Assembly (NCBI GenBank): GCA_030265395.1
Contig: JARFYF010000053.1
Span: 17,819,477 to 17,883,476 of the forward strand
Origin: Rhina ancylostomus
Taxonomy: Eukaryota
DNA: 64,000 nucleotides
Direction of reading: 5' to 3'
Made by a program: the position numbers and the translations under genes. The number at the start of each line of letters is the position of its first letter. Within the stretch, counting starts at the first letter, position 1. The notes below the pieces were generated by a model that was given only the letters and a program-made list of their open reading frames with translations, had not been told where the DNA came from and searched no databases. This document shows, one piece after another, positions 1-12,442 of the stretch.

Positions 1-532
1 GAATTTGGAGTATTGTGTGCAGTTCTGGTCACCTACCTGCAGGAAAGATATCAAGGCTTGAAAATGTGCAGAGAAAATTTACAAGGATGTTGCCAGGACT
101 TGAGGACCAGAGTTATAGGGAAAGGTTGAACAGGCTAGGACTTTATTCCCTGAAGTGCAGAGATCTTATAGAGGTATACAAAATTATGAGGGGTATAGAT
201 AGGATGAATGCATACAGGCTTTTTCCCCTAAGGTTGGGTGAGACTAGAACTAGAGGATGTAGGTTCAGGGTGAAGGGTAAGATATACAAGGGAAATCTGA
301 GGGGGAGCTTCACTCAGAGGGTGGTGCAAGTGTGGAATGAGCTTCCAGCAGAAGTGGTAGATGCAGGTTCAATTGTAACATTTAAGAAAGGTTTGGATAG
401 GTACATGGATGGAAGGGGTTTGGAGGGATTTGGTCTGGGTACTGGTAGATGGAACCAGGCAACAGATCAGGTCGGCATGGACTAAATGGGCCAAAGGGCC
501 TGATTCTGTGTTGTACTGCTCTCTGATTCTAC
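1..532 (+). mobile_element. CR1-clade LINE, 3' end of ORF2 plus tail (truncated by window edge)
   Basis: ORF 15..485 LENVQRKFTRMLPGL...SYRERLNRLGLYSL...FTQRVVQVWNELP is the typical CR1 ORF2 C-terminus; tail tgggccaaagggcctg. Confidence 0.92.
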
Positions 533-599
533 TGAATACAAGTTGGTTTTTACAATCTCTTGCTGTAATTTAACCTTTGGAGTTCAGGTATCATAAAAG

Positions 600-1700
600 C
601 GCAGTGCACCTGTGCCAAAGTTAATAGATCCATCTTAGTGTATGGTGCCCAGAACTGTTCACAGTACTCCAGGTGTTATCTGATTAGAACTTTGCATAAC
701 AAGAGATAAATACTGCCCCTTGTGTTCTTCTTCACTATTTAGCAAGGTCTGAATAAAGGCCTTTTTGTTTTCTCTGCCTATCTATTAACAAATTATCTTT
801 GAACATGGGCCCTAAATTTCACTGGAATTCTTTCATGCATTTCACCATTCAGAAATGACACCATTCTATCTTTTGAACATCCAAAATGGATGAAGATGTT
901 TTTTCTACAATGAATTCTAATTTCTATAGTTTTGCCTTTTAACTTATCCGTTTACAATGGTTATAATTGCCAGTCTCATTAGATTATTTACAAACTTGCA
1001 TGAGTGCCATCATAAAAGTCATATATCAATAACACAGAGGACACTAATTGCTTATGGCAATTGGGACCTTCCACAGTATTCTTGGTTCTATTGTTCATCC
1101 AATTTTCTAACCAACCTAATAATTTGATTTCAATTTCATGAGCTCAAATTTAGATCAACGACTTTTAGAAGGGTTGGCTCAAATGCTGCATGGAAGTGTA
1201 TATAAATGACATGTAAAATTATTCTTCTGTTACTTTTATCACTTCTTCAAAAAAAAAATTACATTTGTCGGGCGCGACTATGCTTTTTTAAAGCTGGAAT
1301 ATCCTGATCAGCAGTAAAAAAATAAAATGAAGGTCTTCCTATTTCTCTAGTAACTTCCTGAAACAACTGCTAGGGTAATTAGTATCTAATTCCCTGGGAT
1401 TCCTCTCTCATCTTTTTTTATGCAGCAGACTGATCTGTACTCTTCCAATCCAAAAGAATGATTCTCAAGTCAGAAGAACTTTGGAAGGTCATCTACAATG
1501 TTCTTCCCTGCTTCATTTACGACAATATGATGAAAGCCACTTGGTTCTGAGGCTTTACCACTTTTTAGTAACATTTTCTGCATAGTTATTATGTGACTTA
1601 CATTTATGTTGGCAAGACCTCAATCTTGATTCAATAGTTCCTTGGAATACCCAGCCTGCTATCTTCTTCCACTACTGTAAATATTTAGTTATTCATGATG
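600..1700 (-). mobile_element. Old, highly decayed CR1-like LINE fragments
   Basis: Recognisable reverse-strand pieces (cccagaactgttcacagtactccaggtg, ccaaaatggatga, gctagggtaattagtatctaattccctgg); boundaries approximate. Confidence 0.55.
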
Positions 1701-2090
1701 GGGTTCTTTTATACTCCTGCCTCTTAAAGTTACAAATACATTCCTAATCTTATTCTCTATAATTACTTTCATGGTATTTCTGTTTTTTTTACCATTGGCA
1801 AACTTATTCAGTTCCCTATGAGAAGCATTGTGCTGAAATCAGTATTATCTGAGCAAGATGATTCTTTTAAATGTGACATTGATCTTGATTATGTTAAATA
1901 TTAACACATCATTACATAGTTTATTTTTTAAATCTGGCTTACAGTTTATTACTGAGCCTGCTCTATTCTGTCCCCTGGTTGGTTCAAAACAATTTCATTC
2001 AATATTATTCAGTTCATAACCTTCTCAGCCCTAAGTCAAAGGCTGTCAGATTAACATCACAATAACAGACCATTTGCCCCAAATTACCCT

Positions 2091-2215
2091 GGTGTTTGTG
2101 GGAGCTGGTTGTGCACACTGCATTTTCCTTGGAATGGAAACTATTCTATAACAGCTCTTGCTTGGCTGTTAAGTGCTTTGGTGTATTCCAAGATCATGAA
2201 AGGGACTTCAAACAA
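2091..2215 (+). mobile_element. Deu-SINE (SacSINE1/AmnSINE1-type) 3' fragment
   Basis: gtttgtgggagctggttgtgcaca...ttggctgttaagtgctttgg...tcatgaaagg resembles the Deu domain consensus. Confidence 0.55.
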
Positions 2216-2269
2216 CATTTAATTTTTTTCTTTCTTATTAATACCAGAACACACAAAATACTCACTACC

Positions 2270-2990
2270 TTTATAACATGAGCTAATCTATCTCCATCTT
2301 GAGCATCTGCAGCTGTTTTGGGATTCACTACCAAAAAATGTGACTGTGTCTCACAACACACTGCCACCCAGATTTGTGTCATCAGATAACTTGGACATAT
2401 TACATTTAATCCCTTTATTCCAAACATGGATATACATTATGAGCAGCCAGGACCACAGCAACTTATTATTGCACAGACTCCCAACCTGAAAACAGAGTAG
2501 GAATAAATGGGACATTTTATCTCCATTTACCAATCCTCAGTCCTGTGTACTACCCAATGTGCTCTAAGTTTATTTAATTACCTGTTGTGGGCACCTTATT
2601 GAATTCCAAAAATATCACGTCCAATGGTTTCATCTTATTTATTCTTTTGTACAAGTTCAAAAATTGTCATAGATTTATCAAACATGATTTCCTTTCACGT
2701 CTATACCAACTGCTCAAACTTTTTATTAATTTATAGACTCCCAAATACCAATTTCTCAATAATAAATCCAAGCATTTTCCCTACTATTGATATCAGACAA
2801 ACTGTTTTTGTGCTCCCACCTTTCTTAACCAGTAGGATTACATTTGCTTCCTTCCAATCTGTAGAAATTAATCTGCAATCCATGGAAATCTACAAGAAGA
2901 CAACCAATGCACCCATTATCTCTGCAGCCACCTCTTTCAAAACCTCAGTTCAACAGCTCCTGGGAATTTATTGGTTTTCAGTACCATTAA
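2270..2990 (-). mobile_element. Decayed CR1 LINE RT-region fragments
   Basis: Minus-strand ORF remnant GIKCNMSKLSDDTNLGGSV corresponds to the CR1 RT SKFADDTKLGG motif. Confidence 0.7.
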
Positions 2991-5900
2991 TTTCTCTCAT
3001 ACCTTTTCACTAAAATGGTACTGTCATGGTTCTGAGTTCTGGTCCTCAATTTGGCTCCATTAATGCCTTGTTGTCCAGCACATGGATTCTATGCTGGNNN
3101 NNNNNNNNNNNNNNNNNNNNNNNNNNNNNNNNNNNNNNNNNNNNNNNNNNNNNNNNNNNNNNNNNNNNNNNNNNNNNNNNNNNNNNNNNNNNNNNNNTGT
3201 GTTTGTCCTGAGGAAGTATCTTGACTCCAGTCTTGTATCAGTGTGCCGCATTTGGGTTCTCTGTGAGTTTGCTCGGATCAACATTGTGACAGGTAATTTC
3301 TTTGGCTTCTCAGTTACCCTGGACCCTCTGTTCTCCATTCTCTCTGGGAGGTTTTTAGTATCTTCACCAAAATACATTTGTTTCATATTTATGCAATTTC
3401 TTTACTACCTAATATAATTCATCCTGAACACTAATCCACAGAACAAATAACAAATATTATTTGATGTGAACATCAAACATTTATTTCAAGCAGATCTTGT
3501 AAAACTTTTAAACTATATAAAATTGGTTGTTTTCATTTTAATGTTATAGTAAATGGCAAAACAGAATAGCAGCACAAATATTATGCAAAGCTTTAGGGTG
3601 TTATTAGATAATTTCCATATTACCATTTGCAGTAACAAGAATAGGTAACTGCACTTTGTAATGTGCCTGTGGCTTTCAACAATAAGATCCTTCCTAAATT
3701 ACCAGAGATCCCAAACCCTGTACACTATGTTAACATCAGTGAAACAGTTATATTAATTTGGTGGAATACTATTGGTGAAATCTTACTAACCAGGGCCCAC
3801 CCATCTTCCATATCCCGACTCTTTAACTTGCCATTCAGATGTGGATGGCCAATCTTGCAGGCCCAAAGCATCCCAGACTCCATGGCATAGCCTGCATGGC
3901 AGCAGGCCCTCCAGTAGTGCCACTTGAGGAAGGCCTGCCTCCAAAATACTGCTGAAAGTTTGGAACATTAGTAAAACTGTGAGGGTCATTTAATAGTTTT
4001 CAGATATCACTGACACCCTTAAAAAAAATAACATTTAAGTAAAAACAAGTGTAGTTACAAATGCCTGAAGCATAAACAACGTAGTTAAGACATTAAAGTA
4101 AAATAATTAAAAGGGAATTTACTTTCCACTTGAATTATATTTGCTGCCCAAACGATCTTAGACATCAGTGGAGTTCTGGATCCTTAGCTTGGTCTGACAT
4201 ATCGCAGGATTAGAGAGGTGAATTCCAAGCATTAATGCTGGGCTGCATTAATCAGATGGAACGCCATCACGGTGTTGCATGGGGAGTCCAGTGTTGAAGC
4301 AAACTGACAACTTCAGTTTTCCAAATCTGATGGTAAATTCAGGATTTCTGGAACTTGCTCAAAAATCCCAAACATCCTTTAAAATGGCTAATTGCGGGCA
4401 ATCCCATTTAAAACCATTTGCATTTACCAGCAAGAACAAAGATTTTTTTTAAATCTCCAAGTTAACTTCCTCAGAAAATGAAGCATGTTTTCCCCAGTAT
4501 GATTAAACAACAAGAATCAGAACTTAGTTTTGCCAGCCATTGAAGTTAATAAGGAGATGGACGAGGGTCTGGATTTCAGACATTTCCATCTCCCAATATT
4601 TAGCAAAGGACATGCATTGATGGGCTATAAATAAAAGAATCAGATCTCTACAGTTTATTCTGGATGTGAAAAGACCATATTTGAGTCACAAAACTACATA
4701 CATTAAGTTATTCATCACTCCTGGTAGCGGTATGAGTCCGGTGGCTGCCACTGAGCTCCTCAGTCAGTTTGTGAACGCGCTGTCCTTAATACTGTAGTAT
4801 TTAGTGCACTTTCAGGATGAAGAACCAAGTAATAATCGTAATTACTGCATATTATGTCATGGCTTCATGGCTCCTTTCACAAGGAGGAAGTTGAGAAATC
4901 AACATTATTAGCCTTTTGACAGCACCTAATTGTGGAGAAACAAGCTAATTGAAAGAATGATATTAACTTTAACTGTTTGTCTCCACTCATCCCTAAGTGT
5001 TGGATGGGTATTCAAATTGTCAGGATAATCACATTCACGTCAGCTAATGAAACCCCACGCACTGGTGGTTTATGGTGGGCATGGACTCACTGGGCCGAAG
5101 GGCCTCTTTGACTCGATGGCTTATGCTCTCAACAAGTACTTATTAGCACTGGACATATTCATTTTTAAACTGAGGAACAATCCTTAGATTTTCCAAATCA
5201 ATTTCTCTTCTATTATATAATGAAAGAACTTCCTCAATCAGAAAGGGATGTGCAGCGTAGGAGGGTGTAAAATAAGGTATCAGTGCTTTCACTTGAAAAC
5301 TCATGTGTGCATAATATAGCAGTTAGAACATTGCAAAATAATACTACACAACCTCAGTAGTCACATTTGATTCTGTTTTTTCCTCTCTTTGTTCTTCTCT
5401 CTCAATAATTTTACTCTGATCACCCTGCGTGCATCCATATCTGGACTCAGAATACTTGTAAAAAGAACAAAACTTTCATGGTACTACCACCCCACCCATG
5501 TCAGTAGGTAATTTTGACTGAAATAGCCTGAGCATCCTTCCATCCATAAATTCATCTGCAAATTACACACTATTCAGACTTGCAATTATAATATTTTCAC
5601 TAGGTTAAAATCCTGTAACTCTATTAGCACTGCAGGAACACTTTAACTAAAAGGACTGTAGCGGATTAAGAATGTGCCTCACCATCACCTTCTTGAGATT
5701 GGGTGCTCACATATCTGGTGAATGAACAAAAAAATGATTTGTTCATGATTGTTTTACTCTGGATTTTATGGTAACGTTATAAATGAACAGGTGGTGCTCC
5801 AAAAGACCATTCATGCCACCAGTAGGAGTCAAGTAGTATTACAGGAAATGGGCATCCTTGAGGCAGGTTAGTGCTGATCATTTTAGGACTACATTAAGAT

Positions 5901-7549
5901 AGAATGAAAAACATCAATGGGGAAATTCTGAGAGGAAATTAAGGAACATGCACAGTTAAGATGACAAAATCATTCAAGCATTCTAGTTTAATGACCAGTG
6001 TTCATTTTATCTCACACAGGGGCTCGGTAATTCTTGCCCCCATTAATGCAACAAGCAAACTCCAATGGAATAAATGTAACAGAATTTAAAGTGAATCAGT
6101 TATTTTTAGAAGTTTGATATTTTGAGAATGACGTTTCCTTGCTTAAGCACATAACATCGAGCATGACTCAGAATTACATTTGTGTTTGAATGTGCAGTGT
6201 GATTGCTGTGAACTTTACAATTTGTTTCTACCCACAATTATACTTCACACAGCAAGTCCAGTTTTGGTGTTTAAAAAAAATGCCAGCTTTGCCTTATTAT
6301 ATGCAAATATCGTAAATATTTCTCCTGTGTGTTATCAAACAACAAAAGCTGCAAACCAGATAATCAAATTAACTTTTCCATTATACATTTATGGTATGCA
6401 TAACCAATGTTACTGGTCATGCATTTCTTTTTCATACATTGAGGGATATGTTGGAACTTTCCAGAGATATTAGTCCCTTGCGAACACCGCTGATGAATTT
6501 ACATGGAGAAAATCTATATTTTTTGGCAGTTTCTTTGTAATTTTAGGTATATTCCGGTATTGTCAATGCTTCAAACAAGGTGTCTGCTTTAAGTGTGAAT
6601 CGCACTGAGAAAGGTTGTCAAGTAATATCTCAGAGAGGAAGATGAAATGATCAATAAAGAAAACAGTCAGTCAATCAAAATAGCAGGAAATGTAGTCAAA
6701 TGGAACTGCAACATGCAGATGGAATTAACTCTTCCCATTTTAAAAAAAAATGATAGTATTTACCATTGGAAAGTCCAAGAATGAATTTTTACTGATTATC
6801 CATTAAAATTTGCATATTCTTCATGTAAAGTTGTCATAAAAAGTAGGGATTATCTTATCTCCAAGCACAGTACAATAGGCAGCTTGTACAATGGCTACCT
6901 GTCCCAGTCTATCTACTCTGAGGTTAGAGCTTTATTACCCTGCTACCAGTGAGCTGCAGGCCCAGAATATTCATACTGCTGCACGTTATGTGCTTCAGAC
7001 AACCCAGCAGCCAATCTGACCAGGAGCAGGAACATTTATTTCTAGTTATCTTGTAGACCCTGGAGGAGAAATATTCAAAATGAATTACTTACCTCTGTTC
7101 TTGTGGTCTCTTCTTCACTGACTGTACAACTGGGGGAACCTGCAAAGTATGTGCTCTGCTCAAGCATCCATGAAGAATTTGGCATGTTATAGTACTCCAA
7201 TTTTCATTCTGTGACCAGGCATCCTCCTGATTCAGAAAGCCCTGTAAATATGATACGACAGCATTCTAACCAAAGTTCTAACTCTGCTGATGCTCCATTT
7301 CTGGCATAGGTAAAATAGTTGTGAAAAAGAAAATTTGAAGACCAGCAGCAACAACTTTCATTCATATGGTTGCCTTAATGCAAAGAATGTTTCAGGGATC
7401 TAGAGAGACATGTGTAAAGGAAGTGATTTGTAAAGAAGGGTGGGCAGATGAGCAAAGGGATAGTTTTACAAAAGATTTTACAAAGGAATAGAAACTAGAG
7501 AGCAGTTTTCAAGGAAAAGTGAACGTGATGGGTCCAACCATAAATGAAA

Positions 7550-8395
7550 GAAAAAGCTGCTGAAACTGGAAATCTGACAAATTGTTCGTACCAGCAACAA
7601 AAAAAACACACCGAGACATGTATAAGTGTTAAAATCTACTTTATTAATAACTACTTATAATAATAATAAGTAAAAATGTTAGAATGTTAGAAGTAAAAAT
7701 GTTAAACCTTGAACATTAACCCCAAAAACTAACTAATCTTGTCGTGTGTGTGGGGCAAATTCCCAAACTCCACATCCAGGAATGGTTCTTAAAGTCCAGT
7801 TCAGCAAGCCATAAGGTGAAACATGAGTAAAGGCTTCTTCAACANNNNNNNNNNNNNNNNNNNNNNNNNNNNNNNNNNNNNNNNNNNNNNNNNNNNNNNN
7901 NNNNNNNNNNNNNNNNNNNNNNNNNNNNNNNNNNNNNNNNNNNNTCCTCCACAGGTGACCGACAAAGTGAACTCCACCGGATTACTCTCAACAATCCATA
8001 TGTGGATTGCAGTGACAGTCAAAGTTATTGTTTCTCCTCCATCGATAGAGAAAACAAGCAGGCTGGTGTCTCTCTCTCCCTCTTGTTCTTCTTGTGCCTC
8101 TCTTTCCTTCAGACTGACTCCAACTGGCTGTTTCAACAACAGTGTCATGACGTTCTTTATCTTCTGTTGACGTAAGCATGCCACACACACACACAATCTT
8201 AAAGGGACCTTCACTAATTGTAACCTAGTCCGTAACACAAATAAACCGAAAATGCTGGGAACACTCAACAGATAAGGCAGCATCTGCAGAAAGAGAAACA
8301 GTTAACATTCAGATCAGAGTGATTGAGGGGTCTTTGACATGAAAGATTAGCACAAATACCACCTAACCTATTGAGTGTTTCTGACATTTTCTGTT
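7550..8395. repeat. Penelope-derived pseudo-LTR repeat (inverted pair), split by the solo LTR
   Basis: ctggaaatctga...[LTR]...aaaatgctgggaacactcaacagataaggcagcatctgc, then the inverted copy acctattgagtgtttctgacattttctg. Confidence 0.65.
7583..8237 (-). mobile_element. Solo LTR (TGTT...AACA termini) with 5-bp target-site duplication CAAAT
   Basis: caaat at 7578-7582 and 8238-8242; begins tgttcg and ends cgtaaca; AATAAA on minus strand at 7640-7645; spans a 100-N gap. Confidence 0.8.
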
Positions 8396-8619
8396 CATAT
8401 TTAAGCTAGTGGATCCATAATTGTAACTTTAGTGATACTGTAAAATAAGCAATATATATTCAGCCACTTGTTATACCTTTCCACAATTTTCAACAGAGAA
8501 GTTGAACATAGTCGAAACAATATCGCATGTTCCATTTCAAATATAGAAACAATTGCTGTTTTAGCTGATTTTCATTCTTGATCTGAAGTGAGATAACAGT
8601 TTTTTTGGCAACACCCAAA

Positions 8620-9055
8620 ACTTAATAGATTCCAGTCAAGTTCATGCCAATTGGAAGAACAGCAAATTTGAACCCACTATTTAAGTTAGGTAGGATAAAG
8701 AATGCTGGAAAGGGCATCAGTAGTGGGTAAAATTCTAGACTTTATTCTTTGAAGAAGTTGTAACAGGGCATTTTGGAAAATAGTAATAGGATTGGGTAGA
8801 GACGACATTGATTCATGAAAGGAAAATCATGTTCGACAAATCTGTTTGTTTGGAGGTTGTGACTGAAAGGATATGGGTGAATCAATTGATGTGTTTTTAG
8901 ACTTAAGGCAGCTTTCAATAAGGTGCCACACATGAGGATATCACACAGGATTAGAACCCATGGGAGTAGTGGTTATATACTGGCATGGATTGAGGTTTGG
9001 TTAACAAAGAGTAGGAGGACATGGATCACTTTCAAGTTGGGATGATGTGATGTGC
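8620..9055 (+). mobile_element. CR1 LINE RT fragment, decayed
   Basis: aattggaagaacagcaaat, ttcatgaaaggaaaatcatgttcgacaaatctg, aaggcagctttcaataaggtgccacacatgag correspond to the DWRxAN, GFxKGKSCLTNL and KAFDKVPHxR motifs. Confidence 0.8.
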
Positions 9056-9104
9056 CAAAATGAAATGCAGCTCCTGTATGAAACTAAATTAAAATCTTAA
9101 TGGC

Positions 9105-10398
9105 ACAGATTAACTCCAGTCTCCCAACCTCAACCCACTGCAATTCGCCTACTGCCGAAACAGGTCTATGGCAGACACCATATCCCTGATCTTACACTCA
9201 TCTCTGGAGNNNNNNNNNNNNNNNNNNNNNNNNNNNNNNNNNNNNNNNNNNNNNNNNNNNNNNNNNNNNNNNNNNNNNNNNNNNNNNNNNNNNNNNNNNN
9301 NNNNNNNNNNNNNNNNNNNNNNNNNNNNNNNNNNNNNNNNNNNNNNNNNNNNNNNNNNNNNNNNNNNNNNNNNNNNNNNNNNNNNNNNNNNNNNNNNNNN
9401 NNNNNNNNNNNNNNNNNNNNNNNNNNNNNNNNNNNNNNNNNNNNNNNNNNNNNNNNNNNNNNNNNNNNNNNNNNNNNNNNNNNNNNNNNNNNNNNNNNNN
9501 NNNNNNNNNNNNNNNNNNNNNNNNNNNNNNNNNNNNNNNNNNNNNNNNNNNNNNNNNNNNNNNNNNNNNNNNNNNNNNNNNNNNNNNNNNNNNNNNNNNN
9601 NNNNNNNNNNNNNNNNNNNNNNNNNNNNNNNNNNNNNNNNNNNNNNNNNNNNNNNNNNNNNNNNNNNNNNNNNNNNNNNNNNNNNNNNNNNNNNNNNNNN
9701 NNNNNNNNNNNNNNNNNNNNNNNNNNNNNNNNNNNNNNNNNNNNNNNNNNNNNNNNNNNNNNNNNNNNNNNNNNNNNNNNNNNNNNNNNNNNNNNNNNNN
9801 NNNNNNNNNNNNNNNNNNNNNNNNNNNNNNNNNNNNNNNNNNNNNNNNNNNNNNNNNNNNNNNNNNNNNNNNNNNNNNNNNNNNNNNNNNNNNNNNNNNN
9901 NNNNNNNNNNNNNNNNNNNNNNNNNNNNNNNNNNNNNNNNNNNNNNNNNNNNNNNNNNNNNNNNNNNNNNNNNNNNNNNNNNNNNNNNNNNNNNNNNNNN
10001 NNNNNNNNNNNNNNNNNNNNNNNNNNNNNNNNNCCACCCTGGACATTCTCTCTCCTCCCCCTTCCCATTAGGCAGAAGATACAAAAGCCTGACAGCATGT
10101 ACCACCAGGCTCAAGGACAGATTCTATCCCACTGTTATGAGACTATTTAACAGTCCCATTGTACAATAAAATGGACTCTTGGCATCACAATCTACCTCGT
10201 TATGGCCTTGCACCTTATTGTCCACCTGCACTGCACTCTCTCTGTAACTGTAACACTTTATTCTCCATTCTGTTATTGTTTTTTCCTGTACTGCCTCAAT
10301 GCACTGTTGTAATGAAATGATCTATATGGGCAGTATGCAAGAAACGTTTTTCACTGTATCTCAATATATGTGACAATAATAAACCAATTTACCAATTT
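9105..10398 (+). mobile_element. Rex1/Babar-type LINE (mostly inside an N gap)
   Basis: 5' flank encodes PLQFAY..NRSMADTISL.LHSSLE; 3' flank HPGHSL...GRRYKSLTACTTRLKDRFYPTVMRLFN; tail gacaataataaaccaatttaccaattt. Confidence 0.85.
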
Positions 10399-10485
10399 AA
10401 TATTTCTTGATTGTGGCTGGTGGTGACATCAGTACAACCATAATAAGAATTTTCTGTCTATTAATAAGCACTGCCATTTAACACT

Positions 10486-10491
10486 TTTATT
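10486..10491 (-). terminator. Probable distal poly(A) signal AATAAA of KIF21B (3' UTR about 3.7 kb, 14176 to about 10470)
   Basis: tttatt on plus strand, preceded on the sense strand by a TGTAAATA Pumilio-type element (10504-10511); largely repeat-free AT-rich sequence ends here where a LINE tail begins. Confidence 0.55.
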
Positions 10492-12392
10492 TCAGTTGAA
10501 CAATATTTACATTTAACAATTATGTAACATCTTAAATAAATCTTTTTACATTAGGTACAGTTTATACATCTTGCATTTCTAAAAGGTCTTGCAGTATACA
10601 GAAGTTTTCTTTTACAGAAATGTACAGGCGAAACAGTAAACTCATAAAAGGCACTTTTTAGCTTCACTATAACATTATGATTAACACTGTTTCTAATTAT
10701 GTGCTGAACATCTCTCACTACTTTTGAAAATGTAATTAACCTTGTTAAAACTGACAGGACTTCTGCCTCTCATTCTGTTCCATGGGAATTTTTCTCATCT
10801 TTAAAGTAGACATTTCCACTGGTCTGTGTGGAAATTTCAGAAAATAATTTAGCAAAATGCAACAGGTAATGCTGAATATTAAGGTTTGATGAATGTTAAA
10901 AAGGCAAACTGTATTTCCCATAGAATTAGAGTTTCGGGGCTGTAAAGTATGTTGATAAAGTGATGACTTTACCAAAACATTCACATACATGCTATTCTAA
11001 GTAACAAGAATCATATCCTGTACATGTCCTATACATTAAAACATTACAATTATTTTCTCACACCTTAAGCACAAAAGGTTCATCCAATGTCAAATATTTT
11101 TTACAAAATTCACCAGCAGGAATTCTATAGGAGATAAGGGTTCAAATGAGATAGCAAACTATTTTCTCAGCAACCTAAACAAAAAATAACTTTGCAAAAT
11201 TGTCAACCAAGATTCAATGAGTTTTAGCAACGACAGCTGATCATAATTTAAGCCTGAAAAATACTGTCAAGACAAGAATACAACAAATATCCAAAGTACA
11301 ATAGCTACATTCACAACATTACATTTGCCTAATACTGACATCTAAATCTATTTATTTAACCCCTGCTCCCAAAATAGCACTGAGTTGTCATAGGCTTGAT
11401 GTCAATTCAAGTAGTGTAATACAACACTGCACATATTAGAGCTTTCTAAGTTAAAGAGCACCAGAAGAATTCAAAGAGGAATTGTACTGATACTAACCCA
11501 TGTATCAGGGCAGTAAGATACTGATCTGTGGGGCAGTTCCTACACCTTTAATCAGTCCTAGTTTTCCTTTCAGTTTATTGAACATAATGTTCTACTGTAG
11601 CACAACTGAGTTTAAGTTTCCAATTTTTCCAACCATCACTTGGTAATCAAAGGCTACATTTTTATTTATCAGTAGTTCAAGAACTACTGAATGCTACGAT
11701 TTACTAAATGACAGACAACAAATATTCAAGTCAGAATTTAAATAGCCAACTCCTTTAGGTGGCTCAGTATTTTGTTCATGGCACAGTACTGCAGTCAAAT
11801 TATATTACCATGTGTTCCAGAATATTAAATTTGTAAACAGAAGTGCCACTTTAAAGCTACAAGGAAGAAGCTTTCTCTCACACATCTTTATAGTCTGGGC
11901 CAGGGAAATGGCTTGGTTGCTTTTATTAAAAATATGAAATTAAAATTTTAGGCTTGCAAATCTTCCTTGGTTGGATGCACTAAATGCACAAAAGTATTAC
12001 TGCAAGGCCATTTGATCCCCTTGCTCACCAAGTTCAATTCCATTGACTTCAGTGGAACTAAATTTTGAAAGTGATATACAACAAACCAGAATATTATGTG
12101 GTTAGGATTTCTGAACATGGATGAATTTCTATCAGCTTTTCTGTTAAACTAAAATGTTCTGGTTTTTTTTACATATTGGAGCAATTTATTATGTAAATCA
12201 ACAATAGTTTAATCCAGAATTCTATTCACCATGGGACATTCTCCTAATTAAAATGAGATACATTTGAAATGTATAAAAAAGCTACAATGACACCACACCA
12301 GCAACTTGGTTCAGTATCATTGAGAGGAGAAAAAAATGGATCTTTTTGCTCAGTGAATAAAATCTGTATCCATCTAATTACAAAACATACTG

Positions 12393-12442
12393 TGTTCTGG
12401 ATAAAGCATTGGTAGCTTTGTTCTGGATAAAGCATTGGTAGC
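12393..12442. repeat. Short tandem duplication (24-bp unit, period 26) in the 3' UTR
   Basis: tgttctggataaagcattggtagc occurs twice. Confidence 0.9.

Noticed and set aside
15-485. 156-aa ORF as a host gene
   Set aside because: It is the C-terminus of a CR1 ORF2, with a near-identical copy at 44.8-45.5 kb.
9149-10169. Long ORFs (280-330 aa) in the ORF track, also at 13310-14005 and 23195-24101
   Set aside because: They are runs of N translated as X; only the flanks are real and are LINE or UTR sequence.
12030-12070. Palindrome ttccattgacttcagtggaa in the 3' UTR
   Set aside because: Short and imperfect; resembles a common internal palindrome of decayed vertebrate DNA-transposon repeats, so too weak to call as a structured RNA.
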